64,000 nucleotides of DNA, from contig CAKZPK010000024.1 of NCBI GenBank assembly GCA_937139035.1, forward strand, positions 3,625 to 67,624. Direction: 5' to 3'. Shown piece by piece: positions 11,101 to 21,183 of the stretch. Below the pieces are notes generated by a model that did not search any database, was not told where the DNA came from, and saw only the letters and a program-made list of their open reading frames with translations. Within the stretch, counting starts at the first letter, position 1. Every line of letters begins with the position of its first letter. The position numbers were made by a program, and so were the translations under genes. Source of the stretch: an uncultured Crocinitomix sp. (GTDB lineage: Bacteria > Bacteroidota > Bacteroidia > Flavobacteriales_D > Crocinitomicaceae).

Positions 11101-11930
11101 ATTTTAGTACGGTAAGTATCTGCGTAGTTATCGTATTCTTCAATTTCAGATAAAACTAAACAATCGTTAACCCATGCCTTTAATGAACCTGAAGTACCAA
11201 TTCTTAATTCAACATCTTGGTCACTTGGACTATTGATGAATGTTTGTGCAAATATGATTGCATTATCTGTGTCGAAGTGGTATGCTGGTCTAAACCATTC
11301 TCCTACTCGGAAAACTTCACTGTTAAACCAATGTACTTCTGCTTCTTCTTTGTTTTTGAAACGTGCACTAGACTTTGGTTGATTAATTGGGCTGTAATTC
11401 TTGTCAAATCCACTGGCAGAAATGTTTTCGAACTCTCCAGCTATTTGCCAATTGTTAATACTTCCAATTTGGTTCAGCTCTTCTAAGTAAAGGTCAAAAT
11501 CTCCAACGTCATGCGCCCAATTTCCTCTGGCATTATGAATGTTAGCTTTAATAGCACCGTCAACTTCTGGATCTGCTAATACCTCGTCAAAAAAGAGTTC
11601 ACGTTCTTTTCTTTGCTCAATTCTAGAAGAGTAAACAGCACTAGTTCTCCAAAATGCAACTAAATATTCTGATTTTTTATCAGTCAATTTATAGAAGCTT
11701 TTAAATGCCTTAAATGCTTTGTACGATTCTTGATCGTTATCATAAAGTACAGCTAGCATTAGCCATGCTTCTTGATTTGTAGGGTCAGCTGCAGTCTTTT
11801 TTTCTAGTTCAGAAATTGCTGCTGAGTAGTCATTTTTTTTAAATAGATCCCAAAAGTTATCGAGACCATTTTGCGCCGTCAAATTCACACTGAACAGTAG
11901 AAAAAGACCTAGGCTTAGAAGAATTCTCAT
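8196..11930 (-). CDS. Secreted TPR + DUF3857 + transglutaminase-like protein
   Basis: Signal peptide, TPR helices, IRYSSI...GDCKD and FNHCI catalytic motifs. Confidence 0.85.
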   Translation of the reverse strand: MRILLSLGLFLLFSVNLTAQNGLDNFWDLFKKNDYSAAISELEKKTAADPTNQEAWLMLAVLYDNDQESYKAFKAFKSFYKLTDKKSEYLVAFWRTSAVYSSRIEQRKERELFFDEVLADPEVDGAIKANIHNARGNWAHDVGDFDLYLEELNQIGSINNWQIAGEFENISASGFDKNYSPINQPKSSARFKNKEEAEVHWFNSEVFRVGEWFRPAYHFDTDNAIIFAQTFINSPSDQDVELRIGTSGSLKAWVNDCLVLSEIEEYDNYADTYRTKIKLKKGNNRLLLQVGSSEISSQNFMVRITDGKGNPINNLTHSPNYTNYSAIGGEKLNRIELPQEVYFEEQVKKNPDNLLYHILLSRIYLDNGKTNQAQRVLKKAEKLAPDNSLILVELLELYIDQNNETELGAAMEKLKAVHPENKLSLLLEFNEAISNENYDEAEDLLGGLKTALGDNGSYLEKRIALESARANNQKVIDLIEEGYQRYPNDETFVNYKYLIEKSVNVKGAQKVLKKYLKKHYSTGMQRKYAWSWNERDMVEQFFVEYKKLLEVKPYAIGIMIDLSDYNYQLNRYQIALDYLDDAIVLAPFVGNLYSKKGEILMDMEKENEALEHFKKAITYDPTDFDARQRIRDIEGIDNPFDYFVEKDYYEIYKTAPSAEDYPEDNSVIVTEEKQVVIHEKGAVEERNYTVIKVFDKAGVDFWKEYSIPRQGSQYLIIEKAEVLKADGTKNVAETSGGYCVFTNLEPGDGIFLSYKLQNYYQGNLAEHYWGKQYFDYFIPSKNVEFSILYDEAEVPLKFTVANGDVKKEEKTVDGKTLLIYSSTDNESIKSEGYMPPLVDIGRTLHYSSMPDWSFVSDWYSDLAATKAKVDFEVKESVKTLFPDGTDGLSEREMIEAIYGYIVNEIRYSSISFRQSGLVPQKASDVITTKIGDCKDVSTLFVAMCEEVGIDASLVLVNTRNKGQQAMELPSIEFNHCIAKVELEGEEKFVELTTDLYPFSTVSASLEGSFILEIDPDNKEIEPRFLPRSQSLPNAIHRESAVKLYDNKMTVSKSCVKTGARGGGMRSTYRDDGEEARKKSMQEAISGDYANIKLDNLEFDETLENNSDSVAYKYEYTVSNPYTKIGSLQIVKVPLADNIEPIEFLSVEDRKFGVELWKYFSYSVAVETISITMPEGKRLAEKPEDVTFSNKLVDYELSFKVEAGVLKVYRKIHFKESKIELDDYELFKESMEKIITADNLQIGVK

Positions 11931-12054
11931 AAAGTAGTTTTTTTAGCTTTTTGTTAAGTTTCACACAAAGATAAAAATCTGCACGAGGTAACCTGTATCA
12001 ATGCTAATATAATTAGTATGATTTATAACAGGTTTAATCGATTAAGAATGAATG

Positions 12055-13278
12055 TTAATCGACCTTTTTCAACTTCCGGATTCCAAAAAATGCAATTAAA
12101 AATGCAATTGTTGGTAGGGCCGCAATGATATAGTAAACTTTATAGGATAAATGATCGTAAAGTGTTGATCCTAAGATGAGAAAGGCCGCTAGTGCAAATG
12201 AGTTTATTGATTCACTAACGCCCATTACTGCGCCTTGTTTTTTTGGATCGGCGTGAATTGATATTAGGGCGTTAAATGTCGGAAAACTAAGAGATAAGCC
12301 TAGATTCATGATGTAATAAAAAGCGATAAAAAACCAAAAATTATCCGTCAATGTCAAACAAATTAACCCAACTGCGGATAAAAACAGACCAATTAACAAG
12401 GTGCGAAATTCTCCAATTCGTTTAATGACTATGCGTGATAAGAAGGCTTGATTAAAGGCTAAAAAGATACCGACAATCAGCATGAATAAACCAAGTTGCT
12501 GTTCATCAAAGTCAAATAAATCTATCAAAAATAATGCAACGGTTGACATGTAAAATGCCATCATGATTCCAAAAAAGAATTTGGTTAAAAACAGCAATTT
12601 AATAATAGGTTTCGGGTCAATTTCTTTAATTCGCTTGAGGATAAAAAAGCTATTGAATATTGATTCTTTTTTGCGAGGCACCCGTTTTTCAATTGGGTGA
12701 GACTCTTTTAACCAAAAAATAATGGCGACTAACGTAAATATTGAGATGCCAATAGCTGCAAGTAAGGTGCCAGTAAAACCAAAACTTGTTGAAGCAGAAA
12801 GTCCTCCTATACCTGGCCCAATAATTAATCCAAGTCCGGCAATTCCTCCAAGGTATCCAAAAATGTATGACTTTTCTTCTCGAGTAGTTATGTCAGAGAC
12901 ATAGGCATTTGAAACAGATATATTGCCCCCCGTTATTCCGTCAAGCGCCCGTGAAGCTCCAATAATGATTAATGCTAACGAAATTCCAAAAATCCCAGTG
13001 TCAGGGATGTTTAACGCAAGTAGAAAAATAAACCAACTTAATAGGGTTCCAGCCTGACTTACTAATAGTATTGGTTTTCGTCCCAGTGAATCTGAAAGTG
13101 TTCCAAGAAATGGTGCTCCTAAAAATTGGAAACCTGCATACAGTGTTAGCATTAGCCCATACACCCATTTATCAGCATCATAACTTTCTATAATAAAGGG
13201 GAGTACTGGCATTAGAATGCTAAAACCAAGTACGTTTACGAAAGTGAGCAGATAAGCTGGTAGGAGTTTTTTGCGCAT
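12055..13278 (-). CDS. MFS transporter (TetA/DHA1-like)
   Basis: About 12 TM segments; motif A GTLSDSLGRKPIL; GPGIGG motif C. Confidence 0.9.
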   Translation of the reverse strand: MRKKLLPAYLLTFVNVLGFSILMPVLPFIIESYDADKWVYGLMLTLYAGFQFLGAPFLGTLSDSLGRKPILLVSQAGTLLSWFIFLLALNIPDTGIFGISLALIIIGASRALDGITGGNISVSNAYVSDITTREEKSYIFGYLGGIAGLGLIIGPGIGGLSASTSFGFTGTLLAAIGISIFTLVAIIFWLKESHPIEKRVPRKKESIFNSFFILKRIKEIDPKPIIKLLFLTKFFFGIMMAFYMSTVALFLIDLFDFDEQQLGLFMLIVGIFLAFNQAFLSRIVIKRIGEFRTLLIGLFLSAVGLICLTLTDNFWFFIAFYYIMNLGLSLSFPTFNALISIHADPKKQGAVMGVSESINSFALAAFLILGSTLYDHLSYKVYYIIAALPTIAFLIAFFGIRKLKKVD

Positions 13279-13625
13279 GAAGTTGCAAAGTTAAACAAAA
13301 CAATGCAGGTTAATGATTTAATTATTGCATTTGCTGAGGTTTTAAAACAGAAGTAATTTGACTACATTTTATCTGCTAATTGGTGTCAAATACAAAGGCT
13401 ATTTTTAATCGGTTTGAAATTTTATAAATATTTTTTATCCTTTGTTTGATGCAGTGTCACTGCGTTTTATTTATGTCGTTTAAAATCCAATCTGTTAAAT
13501 TTGAAAAAATAGTTGACTTCTATTCATATATTTACGTCTATCTGTTATATCTAGATTTAAAAGCAGTGTCATTTTTATAATAGAATGGATGGTGCGTTAA
13601 GTTTTAGGTAAATTTCAAGTTGAAT

Positions 13626-16600
13626 ATGAAGCACATTTTTTTCAGTTTTTTTTGTCTTTTAACTGGATTGGTATTTGGTCAAGTAGTCTCAAATCAATGG
13701 TCGAATGAACCCTTTAGTGATTTAGGCATTGCTGAAAATAATGGCAGGTATGATGAAATAATGGGAGACCCAATTCATTATTACAGTAATTATGGTCCGT
13801 ATGCTTTCTATTTCACCGCTAATGGAATTATTGTTGGGCAAAAAGAAAAGCTCTCTCCAGAAGAATTGTGGGAACGTCATGAAAAACAAGAAAAAGGAGA
13901 ACAAGTGCAACCAATACCGTTTAATTATTTTAAGCTAAAGTGGTTAAATACAAATGCGGAAGTTGAAATCTCGGCGATTGAAAAAAATCAGCACACTTTA
14001 AATTTTCAAGATCCTAATAACCTTGAAAAAACACGTAGATCTAGCACTTTTAAGAAATTAATTTATAAAAATATTTATGAAGGAATTGATCTAGAATTCT
14101 CTATGCCTGAAGAAGGTGGATTAAAGTATTCATTTACGCTTCACCCGGCATGTAACCCAAGTGATATTTTAATGGATATTGATGAAGCAACCGGAACAAT
14201 TGGAGAAGAAGGACAATTAGAAATTTTGTCAAAAATAGATCTGTTCAAAGACCTTGCGCCAACGGCATGGTTTGCGAATGATAATTCACCATTAAATATA
14301 AGTTATCAAATAACAGATTCAGATAAGGTTCAGTTTCAAATGGATGTTTATGATCCCTTGAAAACAGTGGTTATTGATCCTTGGCTAGTCCCCGCGTTAC
14401 CGTTTATTGATAAACAACAAGCTTATGATATTGGAATGGACTTTGAAGGGAATGTATCTGTTTTAGGTCAGTATGGAAATCAAGTTGCTCATTATGATAA
14501 TACGGGATTACTGGAATGGGTTTGGACCTTCCCTGGTGAGTTGAATGAGTTTTACGGAGGATTAGATATCAATCCTTACACGGGGCATACTTACTGTATG
14601 TATATGTCTTTGTTTTTAGGTATTCAAGACATTTGGCGGTTAGATTTAGCTGGAGATGTAAGTGTTGCCATTTATTATTCTCCATGGGGAGATGATCCTG
14701 ACCCAGGTGAACTTTGGCGGTTGAACTATAATCCCGTAACTGATCAAGTGGTGGTGGGTGCAGGAGGTTTACCACGCGAAGCACATTTGTGTGTGGTGGA
14801 TGGTGACTTAACTACAAATAACAAATATGCACCGCTAGTTCCATCACCTCCAAACTTAACAGATGCAACCTTGTTGGAAGTAGATCCGTGCGGTGAATAT
14901 ATTTACCTTTTATGTTCAGGGGATGATCCATTGTTATATAATAATGTACTGTATAAGATTGATCAATCAGATCCTACTAGTATTGTTTGGGAAACTCCAA
15001 CAGGTCATAACTATGAAGAAATTTCTTGCATTGGTTATTTAGGCCGAGAAGTAATGACAGGTGAAGGGCCTGATTGGTATTCACCTAACGGACATAATGG
15101 AATTGCTTGTAGTTATGATGTTTATACTTATGATGGAGATTGGCTGTATAGATGGGATAAAGGCTCAGGTAGTTTATTGGGCTCTACAGAGGTTACACCT
15201 CTAGATGTAACACCTTATGGAGATCTGGCATTTTGTGGAGGAATTGATACCGATTTATGTGGAAATGTTTATGTTGGAACAGAGGATAGCCTTATTAAAT
15301 ATTCAAGAGAATTAGAATATATTGAAGCTATTGCTTTGCCTGATACCTGCTTTGATTTGCGGATTGCAAAAGAGCGTATGAGTACTTGCGGAGCAGATTT
15401 TGTTGAGTCGTATGACTTTCCTTCAATGGTTGATTTTACCTTGTCTGCTACGCCCCAACCTTGTGGTGAATGTTCGGGCACTGCTACGATTGCACCAACA
15501 AGCATTTGTCCTGAATTAACATTTGCGACAGTAGTTTGGAGCCCAGGAGGGCAAACAACGCCAACCGCTACTGATCTTTGCGCCGGGTGGTATACAGCAA
15601 CCGTAACATGGACCAACGGTTTATGTGATTCTTTGGTGCGTGTTGATTCTATTGAGGTTGTGCTTGGTGCGCCTGGTGAATTGATTCAAGAATTGACTTT
15701 GCAATCTTGTAGTGATGATTGTGACGGGGCTGTTGAAATTACAGTCTCAGGCGGCTTTCCTCCATTCGTATTTGATTTGGAAGGAGATGAAAATGCAACG
15801 GGTATTTATTCTGGCCTTTGTGCTGGAACTTATGATTTATTGGTGACAGATGCGGATGGATGTGTGTTTATTGATTCGGTGGTAATTAATGACGTTGACT
15901 CTTTAATTGTGAGTGAAATAATTACAGATGAAGGTTGTGCAGGTGCATGCAATGGGACTGTTACTTTAGTTCCTGAAGCTGGGATTGCTCCTTTTGTATT
16001 TAGTTTAGAAGGGGATGAAAATGCAACAGGTTATTTTGAAGATTTATGTGCAGGAACGTATTCTGTAATGGTTATAGATTCTAATGGTTGTATGTATGAA
16101 AACATGGTGACAATTTCTGTTGGAACAAGCCTTGGTTTGGATACGATAGTTGCTAATAATCCAAGTTGTTATGGCTTTTCTGATGGGTCGGCAACTGTTG
16201 GTACGTTCATTGGTTTAGAGCCAATAACCTATACTTGGGTGCCTGAAAACCCGGTAGAAGGGGCAACTTATAATAGCATGTCTGCTGGAGTCTATGAAGT
16301 GTATGCAGTAGATGCTGCAGGTTGTGTAGATTCGCTTATTTTCGAACTTTTACAACCTGACTCAATTTATGCAGATTTGTCTTTGATTAATCCAGTTTGT
16401 TTTGGTGATCCAACTGGAATTGCAGTGGTTGACTCTGTTCATAATGCACAGGGAGATTTGGATAATATTACATTTATTTGGACACCTGATCCTGCTGGTG
16501 TAACTGGTGTTGGGGCTGATTCATCTTATCAATTACAAGCAGATGATTATACCCTCACAATTAATGATGATTTCGGTTGTTCAAGCGTTCTTTCATTTGC

Positions 16601-17462
16601 AATTAATGAGCCACCACCATTGGTGTTTTCGGAATTTGGTTATGATCCTGCGTTTTGTCGCTTATTCGGCCACCAATCTGGTAATGGGGTGGTATATGCT
16701 GCTGCTATAGGTGGTACTCCTGGCTATGAATATGATTGGGTTAATTTAGAGACGCTTGAAGCATCAGAGAATTCAACTTGGGGTAGTCTCGATCCGGGAT
16801 TATATCGCATTGTTGTAACAGATGCAAATGGGTGTAAATTGACAGAAACTATTCAATTAGATTCGGTCAGTCCAATTGCTGCTTTTACGGTTGACTCTGA
16901 TCAATTAGATGAAAATTGCGAAGGAACCGAATTGGTAATAGCTAATTTTATTAATGAGTCGGAATATTTTGCAAATCCTAATAATCCATTAGCTGATACG
17001 ACATTTAAATGGAATTTAAATCATCCTAATGCTGATTGGATAATTTCACATGACTTTTTTGAAATAATGGATACATCTTATGTTGGTGAAGCAGTTTACG
17101 AAGTGTGTTTAGTTGCTCGAAATAAAAATGGTTGTGCCGATACAACTTGCAAGAACATAATTGTACATGTGCAACCTGAATTTGTTGCGCCCAATATATT
17201 TAGTCCCGGAGGAAATGGTATTAATGACGAATTTACTTTTGAATTCAAAACACTAGGGATAGAGACATTTCACTGCAATATTGTTAACCGTTGGGGAATT
17301 AAAGTAGCTGAATTGAACACTGTAACAGACGGTTGGGATGGTACAGATTTTAGTGGAGACCCATGTACTGACGGAGTTTATTTCTACACCTATGAAGCCG
17401 TTTCAACTAACGGAACTGTATTTAATGGACAAGGCAATGTTCAATTAGTTCGGGCAGAATAA
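13626..17462 (+). CDS. T9SS type-B CTD surface protein (DUF7948-like N-terminus, beta-propeller, SprB repeats), paralog 1
   Basis: YKNIYEGID, IDPWL, Cys-rich C..G.Y.VTD.NGC repeats, PNIFSPGGNGIND...NRWG...WDG C-terminus. Confidence 0.85.
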   Translation: MKHIFFSFFCLLTGLVFGQVVSNQWSNEPFSDLGIAENNGRYDEIMGDPIHYYSNYGPYAFYFTANGIIVGQKEKLSPEELWERHEKQEKGEQVQPIPFNYFKLKWLNTNAEVEISAIEKNQHTLNFQDPNNLEKTRRSSTFKKLIYKNIYEGIDLEFSMPEEGGLKYSFTLHPACNPSDILMDIDEATGTIGEEGQLEILSKIDLFKDLAPTAWFANDNSPLNISYQITDSDKVQFQMDVYDPLKTVVIDPWLVPALPFIDKQQAYDIGMDFEGNVSVLGQYGNQVAHYDNTGLLEWVWTFPGELNEFYGGLDINPYTGHTYCMYMSLFLGIQDIWRLDLAGDVSVAIYYSPWGDDPDPGELWRLNYNPVTDQVVVGAGGLPREAHLCVVDGDLTTNNKYAPLVPSPPNLTDATLLEVDPCGEYIYLLCSGDDPLLYNNVLYKIDQSDPTSIVWETPTGHNYEEISCIGYLGREVMTGEGPDWYSPNGHNGIACSYDVYTYDGDWLYRWDKGSGSLLGSTEVTPLDVTPYGDLAFCGGIDTDLCGNVYVGTEDSLIKYSRELEYIEAIALPDTCFDLRIAKERMSTCGADFVESYDFPSMVDFTLSATPQPCGECSGTATIAPTSICPELTFATVVWSPGGQTTPTATDLCAGWYTATVTWTNGLCDSLVRVDSIEVVLGAPGELIQELTLQSCSDDCDGAVEITVSGGFPPFVFDLEGDENATGIYSGLCAGTYDLLVTDADGCVFIDSVVINDVDSLIVSEIITDEGCAGACNGTVTLVPEAGIAPFVFSLEGDENATGYFEDLCAGTYSVMVIDSNGCMYENMVTISVGTSLGLDTIVANNPSCYGFSDGSATVGTFIGLEPITYTWVPENPVEGATYNSMSAGVYEVYAVDAAGCVDSLIFELLQPDSIYADLSLINPVCFGDPTGIAVVDSVHNAQGDLDNITFIWTPDPAGVTGVGADSSYQLQADDYTLTINDDFGCSSVLSFAINEPPPLVFSEFGYDPAFCRLFGHQSGNGVVYAAAIGGTPGYEYDWVNLETLEASENSTWGSLDPGLYRIVVTDANGCKLTETIQLDSVSPIAAFTVDSDQLDENCEGTELVIANFINESEYFANPNNPLADTTFKWNLNHPNADWIISHDFFEIMDTSYVGEAVYEVCLVARNKNGCADTTCKNIIVHVQPEFVAPNIFSPGGNGINDEFTFEFKTLGIETFHCNIVNRWGIKVAELNTVTDGWDGTDFSGDPCTDGVYFYTYEAVSTNGTVFNGQGNVQLVRAE

Positions 17463-17536
17463 AATGCTGATAATCAACCATTCTTTACTTTTGCACGTTT
17501 AATAGGTATACAAAACTTCTATCCCAACATTTGCCT

Positions 17537-20500
17537 ATGAAAAATTGCATCCTCCTTTTGCTGCTTTTAGCAGGAAACTTAAATTTTGCTCAATCTCAAA
17601 ATAAGAACTGGACTGTAGCTCCTTCCGAAAATCAATGTTTTACAGAAAATTTGAATCGTTATGAGAATTTGATGGATGAAGAAATTCAGTTTTATGCTGA
17701 GTATGGCACACACAAAATTTTCTTCTCAAATGATGCAATTATTATTGGTAAACCTGAAGACCTGACCAAAGAAGAGGCTTATGAACGTCACGAAAAATTG
17801 GAACATGGAGAAGAGGTTAAGCCGCATCCTTGGGATTATTTCAAAATTGAATTTGAGAATACTAACCTTGGTTCTGAAATTCAACTTTTAGAGCAAAAAA
17901 ATTACACTAGAAACTTCCGTAATCCGTTAAAACCAAGCGAAACTGTTTTAGCAAATTCATTTAACGGAGCGATTTATAAAAACCTTTATCCAAATATTGA
18001 TTTGCAGTTGGAAATTCCCGGAGAGGGAGGATTAAAGTATAATTTTTTAGTGCATCCTGGTGGTGATTATCAAGACATATCAATGCATTATGTTGATGCT
18101 GAAGTCGAATTAAATGCAAATGGTAGTTTAACCATTAAAAGCGAATTGGCTCCATTTACTGATCAGGCACCTGTTTCTACTGTTTCTGGAGAAAATGTGG
18201 AAAGTGTTTTTCAAGTGTCGGATAATAACGTGTCGTTTAAACTTTCAAATTACGATAATAGCCAAGAACTAATTATAGATCCATGGTTAGTTACAGACCT
18301 TCCTGGCTCAGCTGTTGCAATGGAAGTTGCAGGAGATGAAAACGGCAATGGAACTGTTTTAACTTTGATTGGAGCTGACCAAGAATTATCATATTATGAT
18401 AATACTGGAGCTTTACAATGGACATATGGCCCAGTTTCATTTGGTGACATTACAATGAACCCAACTACTGGAGAAACATATGTAATTAACTTTACCTCTG
18501 GAGATATTTCACGACTAGATTTATTAGGTGTTGTTGATGCCTCTAACTTAATGTCTGAGGCAGGGTTGCCAGAAGTTTGGCGCGTAAAATACAGTGATTT
18601 TCATGATAAAGTAACAGCAGGAGAAGGAGGCTTATTTGGAGCAGATATGCATGTTTCTATTATGGAAAATGATTTGAGTACTTATGATGGATACATCAGT
18701 TTGCCAGATGTGGCTTCAATAATGGAAGACTGTGCTTTGTTTGAAGTTGACCCGTTTGACGGTTCATTCTATTATTGTCCTTCTGGTTTTATTGGAGGCT
18801 CTCCTAGTGTATATGGAAACAGGTTGCATAAACTAGATGCGGCAGATCCTACAATTATGTTGTGGGATGCCTATACGCATCATGCCTTTGAGGAGATTGG
18901 TAATAGTACTTATGGGTTTAGTACTAATGGGGTGAATGGCATTGCTTGCGGACCAAACTTTGTATACACTTATGATGGGAATAAAGTCATTCAATACGAT
19001 AAAGTGACTGGTGATAGAGAGGACTCATTGTTTCTACTAAAACCAATGTTTAGCCAATATGGTATTGATGTGGATGATTGCGGTACACTTTATGTTGGAA
19101 GTGAAGATGAGATTCATATTTATTCAGAAGATTTGGATGAAATTGGCACTTTTGCCATTCCAGGAACTTGCTATGATATCGTTATTGTAGATAATCATTT
19201 ATATGCATCTGGTTCTGGTTTTTTAACAGAAATTGAATTAGAAGATGCAGGAGGAGATGCAATATTGAGTATTTCTGCCACTCCGTCATTTTGCGCCGCG
19301 TGTCAAGGAACAGCCACCATTGCATTTGTTGGTTGTGGAGAAATAGATATAGAACCTGAAAGTATAGATTGGAGTCCAAGTGGATCCACAGATCTTACAG
19401 CTACTGATTTATGCGAAGGTTGGCATGTTGCAACTGTTACATGGATTAATGATGAAGGAGAGACTATAACACAAATAGACTCGGTTGAGGTAACTAGTGA
19501 GGATTTGGATTTAACAGTAAGCATGGATGTAGTAGATGAAGCTTGCCCAGGTTCATGTAATGGCGAAGTTACAATAACTCCAACCTCTGGAGATGCGCCT
19601 TATACCTATGAAGTTGACGGAGAAATAAATGGAACGGGCATTTTTACAGGATTATGTACTGGAACTTTTGATGTAACAGTGACAGATGATAATGGTTGTG
19701 AATTTACAGGAACAGTTACTATTGGAAGTGGTGATGGTTTGGGATTGAATGTTGTCACATTTAATAACCCAACGTGTTATGGCTTTGAAGATGGTTCAAT
19801 AACTGTTGAAGTTGCTGGAGGAATTGGAGATGTAACTTATACTTGGGTTCCAGAAAACCCAATTGATGGAGCTACTTTTAACACGATTGGGGCGGGAACA
19901 TATGTGGTATATGCTTCAGACGACGGAGATTGTACAGATTCATTAGTGATTATTTTGACAGAGCCAGATTCGTTGTGGGCGGAATTAGCGGTAACTAATC
20001 CATTATGTTTTGGCGATTCAACTGGATTTGCTGTAGTAACAGACGTTCATAATGCGCAAGGAGATTTAACCAATATCTCCTATTTTTGGGCGCCCAATTA
20101 TTTTGGAGACGAAGGCGTTGGAGTAGACTCGGCCTATGGCATGCCTGCGGGTAATTACACGGTTACAATTAATGATGATAACGGTTGTTCAAACGTGTTG
20201 GATTTTACAGTAACAGAACCTACTGAATTGGTCTTGTCTGAATTTGGTTACGAACCTGCTTTTTGCCGAGTGTTTGGTTATCAATCTGGCAACGGTGTGG
20301 TCTTTGCAGCTGCATCTGGAGGAACTGCAGGTTACGAGTATAGTTGGTTGAATTTAGAAACCTTAGATGAGGAAGTAACATCAACCTGGGGAGGATTAAA
20401 TCCTGCAACGTATCAGATTACGGTTACAGATGCCAATGGCTGTGTTTTAATAGAAACCATTGAATTAGATTCTGTTAATCCTATAGCTGCTTTTACTGTT

Positions 20501-21067
20501 GACTCTGATCAATTAGATGATAATTGCGAAGGAACTGAGTTAGTAATAGCCAACTTTATTAATCAATCCGAAAACTTTGCAAATCCAAACGATCCTGGTG
20601 CGGATACTACTTTTTTATGGAACTTAAATCATCCGAATACAAATTGGATTATTTCGCACGATTATTTTGAAATAATGGACTCCTCTTATGTTGGTGAGGC
20701 GGTATATGAGGTTTGTCTTATTGCACAAAACAAGAATGGCTGTGCAGATACAACCTGCAAAAACTTAATTGTCCATGTTCAACCAGAGTTGATTTCACCA
20801 AATATTTTTAGTCCTGGAACCAACGGATTTAATGATGAATTTACGTTTGAGTTTAGAGCGTTTGGTATGCAATCATTTCATTGTACAATTGTTAATCGTT
20901 GGGGAATTAAAGTAGCAGAATTGAATGAAATTACAGAAGGTTGGGATGGGACAGATAGAAATGGAGATGACTGTGTAGCTGGCGTATATTTTTATGTTTA
21001 CGAAGCGGTATCAACAAATGGTACAGCATTCAACGGACAAGGGAATGTGCAATTGGTTCGAGAGTAA
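17537..21067 (+). CDS. T9SS type-B CTD surface protein, paralog 2
   Basis: Same architecture as the upstream gene; near-identical C-terminal region. Confidence 0.85.
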   Translation: MKNCILLLLLLAGNLNFAQSQNKNWTVAPSENQCFTENLNRYENLMDEEIQFYAEYGTHKIFFSNDAIIIGKPEDLTKEEAYERHEKLEHGEEVKPHPWDYFKIEFENTNLGSEIQLLEQKNYTRNFRNPLKPSETVLANSFNGAIYKNLYPNIDLQLEIPGEGGLKYNFLVHPGGDYQDISMHYVDAEVELNANGSLTIKSELAPFTDQAPVSTVSGENVESVFQVSDNNVSFKLSNYDNSQELIIDPWLVTDLPGSAVAMEVAGDENGNGTVLTLIGADQELSYYDNTGALQWTYGPVSFGDITMNPTTGETYVINFTSGDISRLDLLGVVDASNLMSEAGLPEVWRVKYSDFHDKVTAGEGGLFGADMHVSIMENDLSTYDGYISLPDVASIMEDCALFEVDPFDGSFYYCPSGFIGGSPSVYGNRLHKLDAADPTIMLWDAYTHHAFEEIGNSTYGFSTNGVNGIACGPNFVYTYDGNKVIQYDKVTGDREDSLFLLKPMFSQYGIDVDDCGTLYVGSEDEIHIYSEDLDEIGTFAIPGTCYDIVIVDNHLYASGSGFLTEIELEDAGGDAILSISATPSFCAACQGTATIAFVGCGEIDIEPESIDWSPSGSTDLTATDLCEGWHVATVTWINDEGETITQIDSVEVTSEDLDLTVSMDVVDEACPGSCNGEVTITPTSGDAPYTYEVDGEINGTGIFTGLCTGTFDVTVTDDNGCEFTGTVTIGSGDGLGLNVVTFNNPTCYGFEDGSITVEVAGGIGDVTYTWVPENPIDGATFNTIGAGTYVVYASDDGDCTDSLVIILTEPDSLWAELAVTNPLCFGDSTGFAVVTDVHNAQGDLTNISYFWAPNYFGDEGVGVDSAYGMPAGNYTVTINDDNGCSNVLDFTVTEPTELVLSEFGYEPAFCRVFGYQSGNGVVFAAASGGTAGYEYSWLNLETLDEEVTSTWGGLNPATYQITVTDANGCVLIETIELDSVNPIAAFTVDSDQLDDNCEGTELVIANFINQSENFANPNDPGADTTFLWNLNHPNTNWIISHDYFEIMDSSYVGEAVYEVCLIAQNKNGCADTTCKNLIVHVQPELISPNIFSPGTNGFNDEFTFEFRAFGMQSFHCTIVNRWGIKVAELNEITEGWDGTDRNGDDCVAGVYFYVYEAVSTNGTAFNGQGNVQLVRE

Positions 21068-21183
21068 GTTCATTTATTTTCATTCTATATCAGTAGATTA
21101 AGCGTTTTAGAGTCGTAGAATTAACAATAATTTTGGCGTTAAATTAACCCCAATTCTGTTCAATTTTTTATAAATTGCAAGCT

